From Demequinaceae bacterium (lineage in GTDB: Bacteria > Actinomycetota > Actinomycetes > Actinomycetales > Demequinaceae), in NCBI GenBank assembly GCA_965250005.1, contig OZ252279.1, positions 1,260,001 through 1,292,000 on the forward strand: a stretch of DNA of 32,000 bases, written 5' to 3'. The stretch's first letter is position 1, and each line of letters starts with the position of its first letter. Of the stretch, positions 1-7,461 are shown in pieces. The position numbers and the translations under genes are program-made. The notes beneath the pieces were generated by a model. The model did not search any database. It was not told the DNA's origin and worked only from the letters and a program-made list of their open reading frames with translations.

Positions 1-490
1 GGAAACCGGACGTCGTGTCAGTCAGGCGCGTTCCGGCCGTGCGGCTAAGCACCACAGCGAGCAACCGCATGGCCCACCAGCGTGGCCCACGAACATGGTA
101 CTCGCCTTCTCCCGCGAACCGAGCGCCGATGACCACGTCGGCCGAATCAAGCCCCTCCAACAACGCAGGGACGCCCGCAGGGTCGTGCTGGCCGTCCGCG
201 TCGACTTGGACGGCAACGTCATAGTTCTTCGCGAGGGCGTACTTGAAGCCCACACGCATGGCACCGCCAACGCCGAGGTTGTATGGCAACGACGCCACAA
301 GCGCGCCGGCGCTGCGTGCCACGCCCGCCGTGTCGTCACTCGATCCATCGTCCACGACGAGCACTCCAGCGCGCGGTAGTTCGGCGCGGACCTCACGAAC
401 AACGGCGCCGACAGAGGCGGCTTCGTTGAACGCGGGAATCACGACCAGCAGGCCCTCACTGGCGGTCGACGCGCTTCGACTTGAGCTCAT
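1..490 (-). CDS. Glycosyltransferase family 2 (GT-A fold), N-terminal part only; the C-terminus lies beyond the left edge
   Basis: Absent from the ORF track because it runs off the window. Reverse-strand translation from the ATG (complement of 488-490) reads MSSSRSASTASEGLLVVIPAFNEAASVGAVVREV..VLVVDDGSSDDT..YNLGVGGAMRVGF..VQVDADGQHDP. This is the typical GT2 N-terminus with DxD-type motifs. Confidence 0.75.
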   Translation of the reverse strand, partial: MSSSRSASTASEGLLVVIPAFNEAASVGAVVREVRAELPRAGVLVVDDGSSDDTAGVARSAGALVASLPYNLGVGGAMRVGFKYALAKNYDVAVQVDADGQHDPAGVPALLEGLDSADVVIGARFAGEGEYHVRGPRWWAMRLLAVVLSRTAGTRLTDTTSGF

Positions 491-558
491 GACTCAGAAT
501 TCTAGTGGTGCCGCCCCCGTGGCGAAGGCCAACGAATATACTGGGCGCGTTCGAAAAA

Positions 559-567
559 GGGGGGGGG
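559..567. repeat. Homopolymeric G9 tract (preceded by A5) in the 86-bp divergent intergenic region, forming the RBS of the CapF-like gene
   Basis: Sequence tcgAAAAAGGGGGGGGGagccatcaaATG. The G run occupies 559-567 and ends 9 nt before the ATG at 577. Confidence 0.9.
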
Positions 568-576
568 AGCCATCAA

Positions 577-1665
577 ATGACGCAGGTCGCGTTGACTGGG
601 GATGGCGGATTCCTTCAGTGGCACACGCGGTGCTCCGCGCTTGCCTCGGGGCTCGACACGACAGCCACTTCCTTTGGAGAAGATTTCACAGAGTCGCGCG
701 CGCTCAGCGCGATCGCCGGCGCATCAAGGCTGGTTCACATCGCCGGAGTTGACCAAACCGCAGGTGAGGCGGAGCGCGGCCCGGCCACCTTGCTCGCGGC
801 TCTGGTCGGGAGCGCATTGGAGCACTCCGAGAACCCCCCGCCCCTTGTCGTCTTCGCTCGGTCCGTGAATGCTGACGGCCACTCAGTACTCGGTGCTACC
901 GCGGACGACGCCGCCGCCATCCTGTCCGCTGCGGCGGACCGCTCGGGCGCAGGCTTTGTCGATGTTCCGCTGCCCAACGTGTTCGGCGAACACGGCACAC
1001 CCACCTCCGACTCGATGGTTTCCGCCCTCTGCCACCAGTTGGCGACCGGTGGCGATCCCAAGTTCAAGGTTGATCGAGAAATCACCTTGCTTCACGCCCA
1101 GGACGCAGCAGATGTACTGCTGGGCAACACCGCGACGCCAGATCCGTTTGAGACGCGCACAACAACCTTCGAAGTCTTAACTTTGCTTTCGGAAACTGCT
1201 GACGCAATCAATGCCGGCGACATGCCAATGACGACCTCGGAGTTCTCTCGGAACCTATTCCACACCTACGCTTCACTTGCCTACGAACTGGCGCCCACCA
1301 GTGCGCTTGAGAGACACTCGGACGCGCGCGGCTCACTCGTCGAACTCGTGCGCACGCACGGCGGAGCCAGCCAAACGTCGTTCTCCTCAACAGCGCCGGG
1401 CGAGTCTCGGGCGCGCCACTTTCACCGCCGGCGCATCGAGCGAATCGTTCCACTCAGCGGCACCGCAGTGATCTCGCTGCGCAAGCTGTTCACCGACCGC
1501 ATTACTGAGATTGTTGTGGATGCCGCGAAGCCCGTCGCGGTGCACATCCCGACCATGTGGGTGCACGACATCGTGAATCGCGGCCGGGAGGACTTCCTGC
1601 TCGCCTACTGGACCGATCGCCACTTTGACTCTTCTTCCGTCGACGCCTTCCCGGCCGAGGTATAG
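577..1665 (+). CDS. CapF/WbjC(FnlB)-like bidomain protein: degenerate N-terminal SDR-like domain plus conserved C-terminal cupin domain
   Basis: Collinear with S. aureus CapF as I remember it: VALTGDGGF~VITGAKGF, LVHIAGV~IVHLAGV, LPNVFGEHG~WPNLFGKWC, RGSLVEL..HFHRRRIERIVPLSG..IPTMWVHDIVN~RGSFTEF..HWHHTKNEKFLVVSG..IPVGYTHNIEN. Both proteins end in ..EV. ATG 577 is preferred over the track start at 505 because of the G-rich SD. Confidence 0.7.
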   Translation: MTQVALTGDGGFLQWHTRCSALASGLDTTATSFGEDFTESRALSAIAGASRLVHIAGVDQTAGEAERGPATLLAALVGSALEHSENPPPLVVFARSVNADGHSVLGATADDAAAILSAAADRSGAGFVDVPLPNVFGEHGTPTSDSMVSALCHQLATGGDPKFKVDREITLLHAQDAADVLLGNTATPDPFETRTTTFEVLTLLSETADAINAGDMPMTTSEFSRNLFHTYASLAYELAPTSALERHSDARGSLVELVRTHGGASQTSFSSTAPGESRARHFHRRRIERIVPLSGTAVISLRKLFTDRITEIVVDAAKPVAVHIPTMWVHDIVNRGREDFLLAYWTDRHFDSSSVDAFPAEV

Positions 1666-1674
1666 GACCACATC

Positions 1675-2859
1675 ATGCGCATTCTCTTCATTCACGAAGT
1701 GAACTATCTCAACAAGGTGATCTTCGAGATGCACGAGTTCCCGGAACTGCTCGCTCTTGCCGGTCACGAGGTTTCGTTCTTCCACTATCCCGAACGGCCT
1801 GACCGACGACGCGTGTCGCTACGCGCGCGGCACGAGCCCATTCCTGGACGGGTGCACCCGGAGGCGAGCATTCGCTTGATCACGGCGCCCACGTTTGGCG
1901 GGCATGCGATGGAGCGCTACGTCGCGCCATTGCTCGTACTGCCGACACTCTCCCGGGAAATTCACAAAGGACGGTACGACGCGATCGTGCTCTACGCCGT
2001 TCCTACCCTTGGTTGGCAGGCGGTCTCTATCGCGAAGCGAGCCGGTGTTCCCGTGCTGTTCCGCGCGCTCGATGTGTCACACAAAATCCGTGCAAGTCTC
2101 TTCGCGCCTCTCATCCGGATGGCTGAACGCTACATCTACCGCAATGCGGACTTGGTCTCGGCGAACAACCCCGCGATGGCCGAGTACTGCCGCGAGTCAT
2201 CGGGCCGCACCGGGCCCACGGTGGTCAACGTTCCTCCCGTTGATCTCTCGCACTTTTCAGGGCCGGCGGAACCAGCCATGCGCGTCGAGCTCGAGATTCC
2301 CGCGAGCGGCAAGGTCCTGCTCTACATGGGAACGTTCTTCGGATTTTGCGGGCTCGATCGAGTTGTCGAGGCAATGCCAGCCGAGCTCGCCAAGCACCCC
2401 GATCTATTCCTCGTGCTCGTCGGCGGTGGCGAGCTCGACGCGTTCCTGCGCAAGCGTGTCGCTGAACTTGGCATCGGCGACCGCGTCGTTTTCACTGGCG
2501 TCGTGCCGTATGCCAAACTACCGCGCTATCTCAAAGTCGCCGACGTCGCAATCAACCCGTTCAGGCCCGAACTACTGACCAACGTCGCCCTCCCGCACAA
2601 AATCCTCCAGTACATGGCCGCGGGCGTTCCCACGGTCTCGACGTCGCTGAGTGGAATCCGCGGCCTGCTGGGCGAGGACAGCGGGGTAACTTGGGCTGCA
2701 AGCCAAGACGCCGTCGCCGAGACCGCGGCAAGTCTCTCGCACGCAACACCGAAGCAACTTGCGTCGATCGCCTCTACGCAGGCCCGCAAGGTGACCGAGC
2801 TCTTTTCCCAGAAAGCTGCGCTCGGATCCTTCGAGGAGTCTCTGCGCGCCGTGCGCTAG
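1675..2859 (+). CDS. Glycosyltransferase family 4 (GT-B), likely transferase for the 2-acetamido-2,6-dideoxy-L-hexose made by neighbouring genes
   Basis: 394 aa. The N-terminus MRILFIHEVNYL..GHEVSFF and the C-terminal region VVFTGVVPY..LPRYLKVADVAINPF..ALPHKILQYMAAGVPTVST form the EX7E-type GT4 nucleotide-sugar binding region. The acceptor/donor assignment rests on operon context only. Confidence 0.7.
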   Translation: MRILFIHEVNYLNKVIFEMHEFPELLALAGHEVSFFHYPERPDRRRVSLRARHEPIPGRVHPEASIRLITAPTFGGHAMERYVAPLLVLPTLSREIHKGRYDAIVLYAVPTLGWQAVSIAKRAGVPVLFRALDVSHKIRASLFAPLIRMAERYIYRNADLVSANNPAMAEYCRESSGRTGPTVVNVPPVDLSHFSGPAEPAMRVELEIPASGKVLLYMGTFFGFCGLDRVVEAMPAELAKHPDLFLVLVGGGELDAFLRKRVAELGIGDRVVFTGVVPYAKLPRYLKVADVAINPFRPELLTNVALPHKILQYMAAGVPTVSTSLSGIRGLLGEDSGVTWAASQDAVAETAASLSHATPKQLASIASTQARKVTELFSQKAALGSFEESLRAVR

Positions 2860-2869
2860 CATTACCGAC

Positions 2870-3781
2870 ATGGCGAATCCGACGTTGGTGCTGGGCGGAA
2901 CCGGCATGGTTGGGCAGGCAGTTGTCAAGCAATTTGCGAAGTCGGGCCGTGGATTTCGCGCGACCACTCGCCATCTCGACCTAGTCTCCGCCGCGCAACG
3001 CGACAGTTTCGTCTCCTTTGATTCGGCCACCGACGACCCCGCGGCGATGGTACGAGGCTTCGGCCCCGAGGACGCAGTCGTAAACTGCGCCGCTCTCATC
3101 AAAACGCACATCGTCGACACGGATATCGCTTCTCGGAGAGCGGCTGTCGCCGCAAATATCCTTGTTCAGCACGACTTTGCGGCTCTTGCAGAAACGCAAG
3201 GATTTCGCATCATCAATCTGACCACCGACTGCGTATTTGCGGGCACCCGAGGCGGCTACTTGGAGACGGATCTGCACAACGCTGAGGACGTCTACGGCAG
3301 ATCAAAGAGCCTCGGAGAAGTTCCCGGCAAGACAATCCTCAACCTACGCACTTCAGTGATTGGGCCGGAAATCCGCGGATTTGGCTCACTGCTGCAATGG
3401 GTTCTCGGGCACGAAGCCGGGGCAACTATTAGCGGGTTCGCGGATCACTGGTGGAATGGCGTGACGACACCCGCACTCGCGCGCGTTATTGACGCGATTC
3501 TCGCCCATAGCCCCACCCTCGCAGGGACGGTTCACCTCGTGCCAGCAGACACCGCGAACAAGCACGAGCTTGCGAAGATGATCCTCGCCGCGTTCGAACG
3601 GGGGGACGTATCAGTCATCTCCACCGAGACGGGCGCGAACTTGGATCGCACTCTCGGAACGGTTGACGCCGCCCGCAACGCCGAGCTCTGGGTGAACGCG
3701 GGATACGCCGAGCCGCCCACAATCGCCCAGATGGTGAATGAACTAAACTCCGCAACAAACGAAACGGAGCCAAGTACGTGA
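2870..3781 (+). CDS. NAD(P)-dependent SDR, RmlD/WbvR-like sugar-nucleotide 4-reductase family
   Basis: Rossmann motif LVLGGTGMVGQAV. Catalytic Thr in NLTTDCVF and an intact YGRSK (YxxxK). 303 aa, the RmlD-like size. The stop overlaps the next start (GTGA at 3778-3781). Confidence 0.7.
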   Translation: MANPTLVLGGTGMVGQAVVKQFAKSGRGFRATTRHLDLVSAAQRDSFVSFDSATDDPAAMVRGFGPEDAVVNCAALIKTHIVDTDIASRRAAVAANILVQHDFAALAETQGFRIINLTTDCVFAGTRGGYLETDLHNAEDVYGRSKSLGEVPGKTILNLRTSVIGPEIRGFGSLLQWVLGHEAGATISGFADHWWNGVTTPALARVIDAILAHSPTLAGTVHLVPADTANKHELAKMILAAFERGDVSVISTETGANLDRTLGTVDAARNAELWVNAGYAEPPTIAQMVNELNSATNETEPST

Positions 3782-4809
3782 CCAAACAGGCAATTGAGGG
3801 TGCGGTCGCAACGATCACCGGCGGCACCGGTTCCTTTGGCTCAACCATGGCACAACGGCTCCTAGACAAGGGGGCCGCGGAAGTACGGATCTTTAGCCGC
3901 GATGAGTCCAAGCAGGACGCGATGCGCCGCCGGCTCCAAGACGGCCGCTTGCGGTTCATCATCGGCGATGTGCGAGATGAAGCGTCTGTGCGGCGTGCCG
4001 TTCGGGGCGCTCAACTGGTCTTCCACGCGGCAGCGCTCAAACAAGTCCCGTCATGTGAGTTCTTTCCTATGGAGGCGGTGGCAACCAACGTGACTGGAAG
4101 CTCGAATGTGCTACGCGCGTCACTCGATGCGCAAGTAAGGTCCGTCGTGTGTTTGAGCACCGACAAAGCTGTCTATCCCATCAATGCGATGGGCATGACC
4201 AAGGCGCTCATGGAGAAAACCGCAATGGCGTTCGCGCGTGACAACCAGGACTCCGACACGGTCATTTCCATCACGCGCTACGGAAACGTGATGTACTCGC
4301 GCGGCTCCGTTATTCCGCTGTTTCTCGAACAGCTGAGGTCCGGCAAACCGCTCACGATCACCGACCCCAACATGACCCGATTCCTCATGTCACTGGCCGA
4401 GTCCGTCGCGCTTGTCGAGTACGCGTTCACCGAGGCCACCACCGGGGACCTGTTTGTTCGCAAGGCGCCTGCCAGCACTGTCGGCACTCTTCTCCGCGCC
4501 GTTGCCGAGGTCGCCGACGTTACAGACCCGGACGTCAACGTGATCGGCGTGCGGCACGGCGAAAAGCTCTATGAATCGCTGCTGGGAGCCGAGGAAGCTG
4601 CGCATGCCGAAGATCGCGGCGACTACTTCCGGGTTCCACTGGACACGCGCGGGCTCGACTACCGCCCGTACTTTGACGAGGGCGAAGCGCGCCCCGAGTC
4701 TCCAGACGCATACACCTCGCACAACACCACCCAATTGGATGTGGAAGGAACGGTTGCTTTGTTGCGCAAGCTCCCGGAGATCGCGGCGCTCGACGAAAAA
4801 GGCGAGTAG
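3778..4809 (+). CDS. fnlA: UDP-N-acetylglucosamine 4,6-dehydratase/5-epimerase (CapE / FnlA / WbjB family)
   Basis: Near-collinear with CapE: ITGGTGSFG, RIFSRDESKQD, GDVRD, FHAAALKQVPSCEFFPMEAV, LSTDKAVYPINAMGMTKA (the Met-x-x-x-Lys variant typical of CapE/FnlA), RYGNVMYSRGSVIPLF, LTITDPNMTRFLMSL, RHGEKLYE, GDYFRVP. Confidence 0.88.
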   Translation: MTKQAIEGAVATITGGTGSFGSTMAQRLLDKGAAEVRIFSRDESKQDAMRRRLQDGRLRFIIGDVRDEASVRRAVRGAQLVFHAAALKQVPSCEFFPMEAVATNVTGSSNVLRASLDAQVRSVVCLSTDKAVYPINAMGMTKALMEKTAMAFARDNQDSDTVISITRYGNVMYSRGSVIPLFLEQLRSGKPLTITDPNMTRFLMSLAESVALVEYAFTEATTGDLFVRKAPASTVGTLLRAVAEVADVTDPDVNVIGVRHGEKLYESLLGAEEAAHAEDRGDYFRVPLDTRGLDYRPYFDEGEARPESPDAYTSHNTTQLDVEGTVALLRKLPEIAALDEKGE

Positions 4810-4812
4810 CAC

Positions 4813-5937
4813 ATGGCGCGCCCTGTCATCGTCGCGGTTGTCGGGACCCGACCGGAACTGATCCGCCTCTCCCGGGTAATTGCAAGGCTCGACGAAGTCG
4901 CAAGCCTAGTGTTAGTGCACACTGGCCAGAACTACGATCACCAGCTCAACCAGGTCTTCTTCGACGAACTCGAGATCCGGAAACCCGACCACTTCCTAAA
5001 CGTCGACACTTCAAGTTTGGGCTCGGTTCTCGGGGACACGCTCAGGAAGATCGAGCCGATCCTCGCGTCCGTGAACGCGCAGGCACTACTTGTACTCGGA
5101 GACACCAACAGCGCCATCGCGGCGCTTATGGCCAAACGAATGGCCGTCCCAGTGTATCACATGGAGGCGGGAAACAGGTCGTTCGACGAGAACGTACCGG
5201 AGGAGACCAACCGCAGGCTGGTCGACCACATCTCAGACTTCAACCTCGCGTACACCGAGCACGGGCGCCGCAATCTACTTGCCGAGGGGCTGCACCCCCG
5301 CAGGATCACGGTGACGGGCTCACCCATGCGAGAGGTTCTCGACTACTACAGCGAGGGCATCGCCAGTTCCGACGTGCTGGACCGGCTCGAGGTGAGTCCC
5401 GGCAAGTACTTCCTAGCGAGCGCTCACCGCCAGGAGAACGTCGACTCGCCGGATCGCCTCGCCAACCTGGTCGACGCGCTCGTGGGTGTGCGCGAGAAGT
5501 GGAAGCTCCCGGTTCTTGTCTCGACCCACCCCCGCACCCGCCGCCGGCTCGAGGAGGTCCACGGTTTCGCCAACGCTGACGGAGTCCTCTTCCACGAGCC
5601 GTTCGGATTCCTCGACTACTGCAAGCTCCAGCTCAACGCCAAGTGCGTTCTGTCCGACAGCGGCACCATCAGCGAAGAGTCGGCAATCCTCGGCTTCCCC
5701 GCGATCACTTTGCGCGATTCGATGGAGCGCCCCGAGGCGATGGATACCGGCTCGATGATCATGACCGGCCTGCATAGGGAGAACGTGATCGAGGGAATCG
5801 AGGAGGCCACGTCCACGTACGCGACCGAACTCAGCATCCCCGCGGGCTACACGGAGACGGACACATCCCGACGGGTAGTGCGGTTCATGATGTCTACGCT
5901 CGCCCGTCACCATGAGTGGGCAGGGATCCGCCGCTAG
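4813..5937 (+). CDS. fnlC: Non-hydrolysing UDP-hexosamine 2-epimerase (CapG / FnlC / WbjD family)
   Basis: VGTRPELIRLS, LVHTGQNYDHQLNQVFFDELEIRKPDHFL, LGDTNS, YHMEAGNRSFDENVPEE.NRRLVDH.SD.NL.YTEH.R. These match the CapG-type epimerase. The gene sits immediately downstream of fnlA. Confidence 0.85.
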   Translation: MARPVIVAVVGTRPELIRLSRVIARLDEVASLVLVHTGQNYDHQLNQVFFDELEIRKPDHFLNVDTSSLGSVLGDTLRKIEPILASVNAQALLVLGDTNSAIAALMAKRMAVPVYHMEAGNRSFDENVPEETNRRLVDHISDFNLAYTEHGRRNLLAEGLHPRRITVTGSPMREVLDYYSEGIASSDVLDRLEVSPGKYFLASAHRQENVDSPDRLANLVDALVGVREKWKLPVLVSTHPRTRRRLEEVHGFANADGVLFHEPFGFLDYCKLQLNAKCVLSDSGTISEESAILGFPAITLRDSMERPEAMDTGSMIMTGLHRENVIEGIEEATSTYATELSIPAGYTETDTSRRVVRFMMSTLARHHEWAGIRR

Positions 5938-5979
5938 CCCTCACGAATGCGCGGGCGTCCCCAGACTGCCCTCCTCGGC

Positions 5980-7188
5980 CTACTTCGCAGTGGGGGCGGT
6001 CGGCTCTGTCGCCGTCGATGGCACTTGCCACGCCCAATGTCGTTTGAGGCGTGGAAGGCGGTCTCCCCTTGACTTGATCACCGCGCCCGCAACCAACAGC
6101 AAGAACGCGAGTCCTGGCATTTCGTAGCGGAAGCTCACCGGAATCGTACTCAACCCATTGATGATTCCGCCCGCCGCCATGGCGCCAAGGAAGAGGTGTG
6201 CCTCAATGCGCTTGATGAGCAGGAGCGCGCCGAGCCATGCGATGCCTAGGAGGATCAGGAAGGCTTGGTCCCACCTTGCGAATCGTTGAAGGTCGCGCAG
6301 AATCACGGACCCCAACGCCCTGAGGAAAGCAACCGGGTAGCCGCCCCAGGACTCCGAGCCGCCGGTGTGGTGGTCAAAACTGGAAAGCAGTTCGTCGGTG
6401 CCGCCGTCAGTTGACTGTGCCGCGCGCGCCGCGAGCGTGGTCACGACCGCAGCGAGCGCGAATGGGGCCCATCGATTCCTCAACTTCCGTGTGTGCCACC
6501 AGTACCCGATCCAAGCGAATACGACCGCTCCGGTCGGGATTAGGCTTGCCTGTCGCGTGTACGCCAGCGCGACAAGGAGCACAACCATCGCCGCCACTGC
6601 CACCCACGACCGATCATTCCAGATTGGCAGCGTCAACATGACTCCAACGCCGAGGGCCGCCGCCAGCCCTTCGGTCAGCATCGCAGTGGAGAAGAACATC
6701 ATGTAATAGCCCGAGATGTACAAGCCAACGACCAAGAGCGCCGGGATTCGTCCGTAGCGCTTCGCAATGACTCCGAACATTGTGAGCACCAGGAAGAGCG
6801 TGGACACAACCGGAATCACGAGCATTCCAGACATGCCCATGAACTTGACGAAGGGCGCGGAGAGCGCGGGATAGAGCACACGCGAGTCCACAATGGAGTT
6901 GTTGAAGAGTGAGTCCACGGAAAGCATGCCAGACGTAGAGGCTGCGACGGAGTCCGCGATGGCGTCCCTCGCCTCCTCCTGACTGAGGCCGCTGAAGTGA
7001 TGTGCCATCGCCCCGTAGAAGCGACTATCGGGCGCGAACTGGGGGTACGTCGCGTAGGTGTGGAGAATGAATAGCGTCGTGGCGACCACCAGCGCCGCCC
7101 AAAGCCACCATGGGGCGATTGCAAGCAGGGCGCCCGTGAGCTGGTGCAGTCGAGACGCGCCCGCGGACCGTAGGCGCTTCATCGTCAA
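5980..7188 (-). CDS. Polytopic integral membrane protein (about 10-11 TM), candidate GT-C-type glycosyltransferase or repeat-unit polymerase
   Basis: 402 aa, almost entirely hydrophobic helices. The first loop carries PDSRFYGAMAHH (an Asp-containing loop as in GT-C enzymes). Convergent with the sugar-nucleotide operon. The function is inferred from topology and context only. Confidence 0.45.
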   Translation of the reverse strand: MTMKRLRSAGASRLHQLTGALLAIAPWWLWAALVVATTLFILHTYATYPQFAPDSRFYGAMAHHFSGLSQEEARDAIADSVAASTSGMLSVDSLFNNSIVDSRVLYPALSAPFVKFMGMSGMLVIPVVSTLFLVLTMFGVIAKRYGRIPALLVVGLYISGYYMMFFSTAMLTEGLAAALGVGVMLTLPIWNDRSWVAVAAMVVLLVALAYTRQASLIPTGAVVFAWIGYWWHTRKLRNRWAPFALAAVVTTLAARAAQSTDGGTDELLSSFDHHTGGSESWGGYPVAFLRALGSVILRDLQRFARWDQAFLILLGIAWLGALLLIKRIEAHLFLGAMAAGGIINGLSTIPVSFRYEMPGLAFLLLVAGAVIKSRGDRLPRLKRHWAWQVPSTATEPTAPTAK

Positions 7189-7324
7189 GATTCTCCAAGT
7201 CGCGGTCCGGAAAGGCTCTTGAAGATATCACGGAGCCCGGATGCGGTCTCGGCAACGACGCGGCGGCACATTCGGCAACGAAGCGTTGCCATACTCGACT
7301 CCCGACGCTCGCTAGACTGGTCCA

Positions 7325-7455
7325 AACGACAGGGGAGCGTCCCTCTTGGAAACTCGAGATTGACGCTGAGAGTGCGGGAAGCCGCAGACCCTCGAACCTG
7401 ATCCGGCTCACACCGGCGTAGGGAGTCGAGACTCGTCCCCTCCTATCAAGGAGGA
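7325..7455 (+). promoter_or_regulatory. TPP (THI-box) riboswitch with SD-sequestering expression platform
   Basis: cgacAGGGGAGCG...CTGAGAG...ACCCTCGAACCTGATCCGGCTCACACCGGCGTAGGGAGtcg matches the conserved TPP aptamer core (GGGG.GC / CUGAGA / ACCC..GAACCUGAUC.GG.UAAUACC.GCGUAGGGA). P1 pairs cgac (7327-7330) with gtcg (7425-7428). Downstream, CCTCCT (7439-7444) can pair with the SD AGGAGG (7449-7454), just before the ATG at 7462. Confidence 0.9.
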
Positions 7456-7461
7456 CACATC

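Noticed and set aside
505-576. N-terminal extensions offered by the ORF track (505 for the CapF-like gene; likewise 11423 for dnaK, 19582 for the sigma fusion, 26715 for nrdA, 28032 for upp, 27885 for DUF2142, 29227 for tadA)
   Set aside because: In each case an internal start has a good Shine-Dalgarno sequence and restores the canonical family N-terminus. The extension would overlap operators, neighbouring genes or an upstream CDS.
243-752. 169-aa + strand ORF and other small ORFs (15-224, 95-379, 22-402) at the left edge
   Set aside because: They overlap the off-edge GT2 gene, whose reverse-strand translation has clear GT2 motifs. They also cross the divergent promoter region, and their compositions look non-protein-like.
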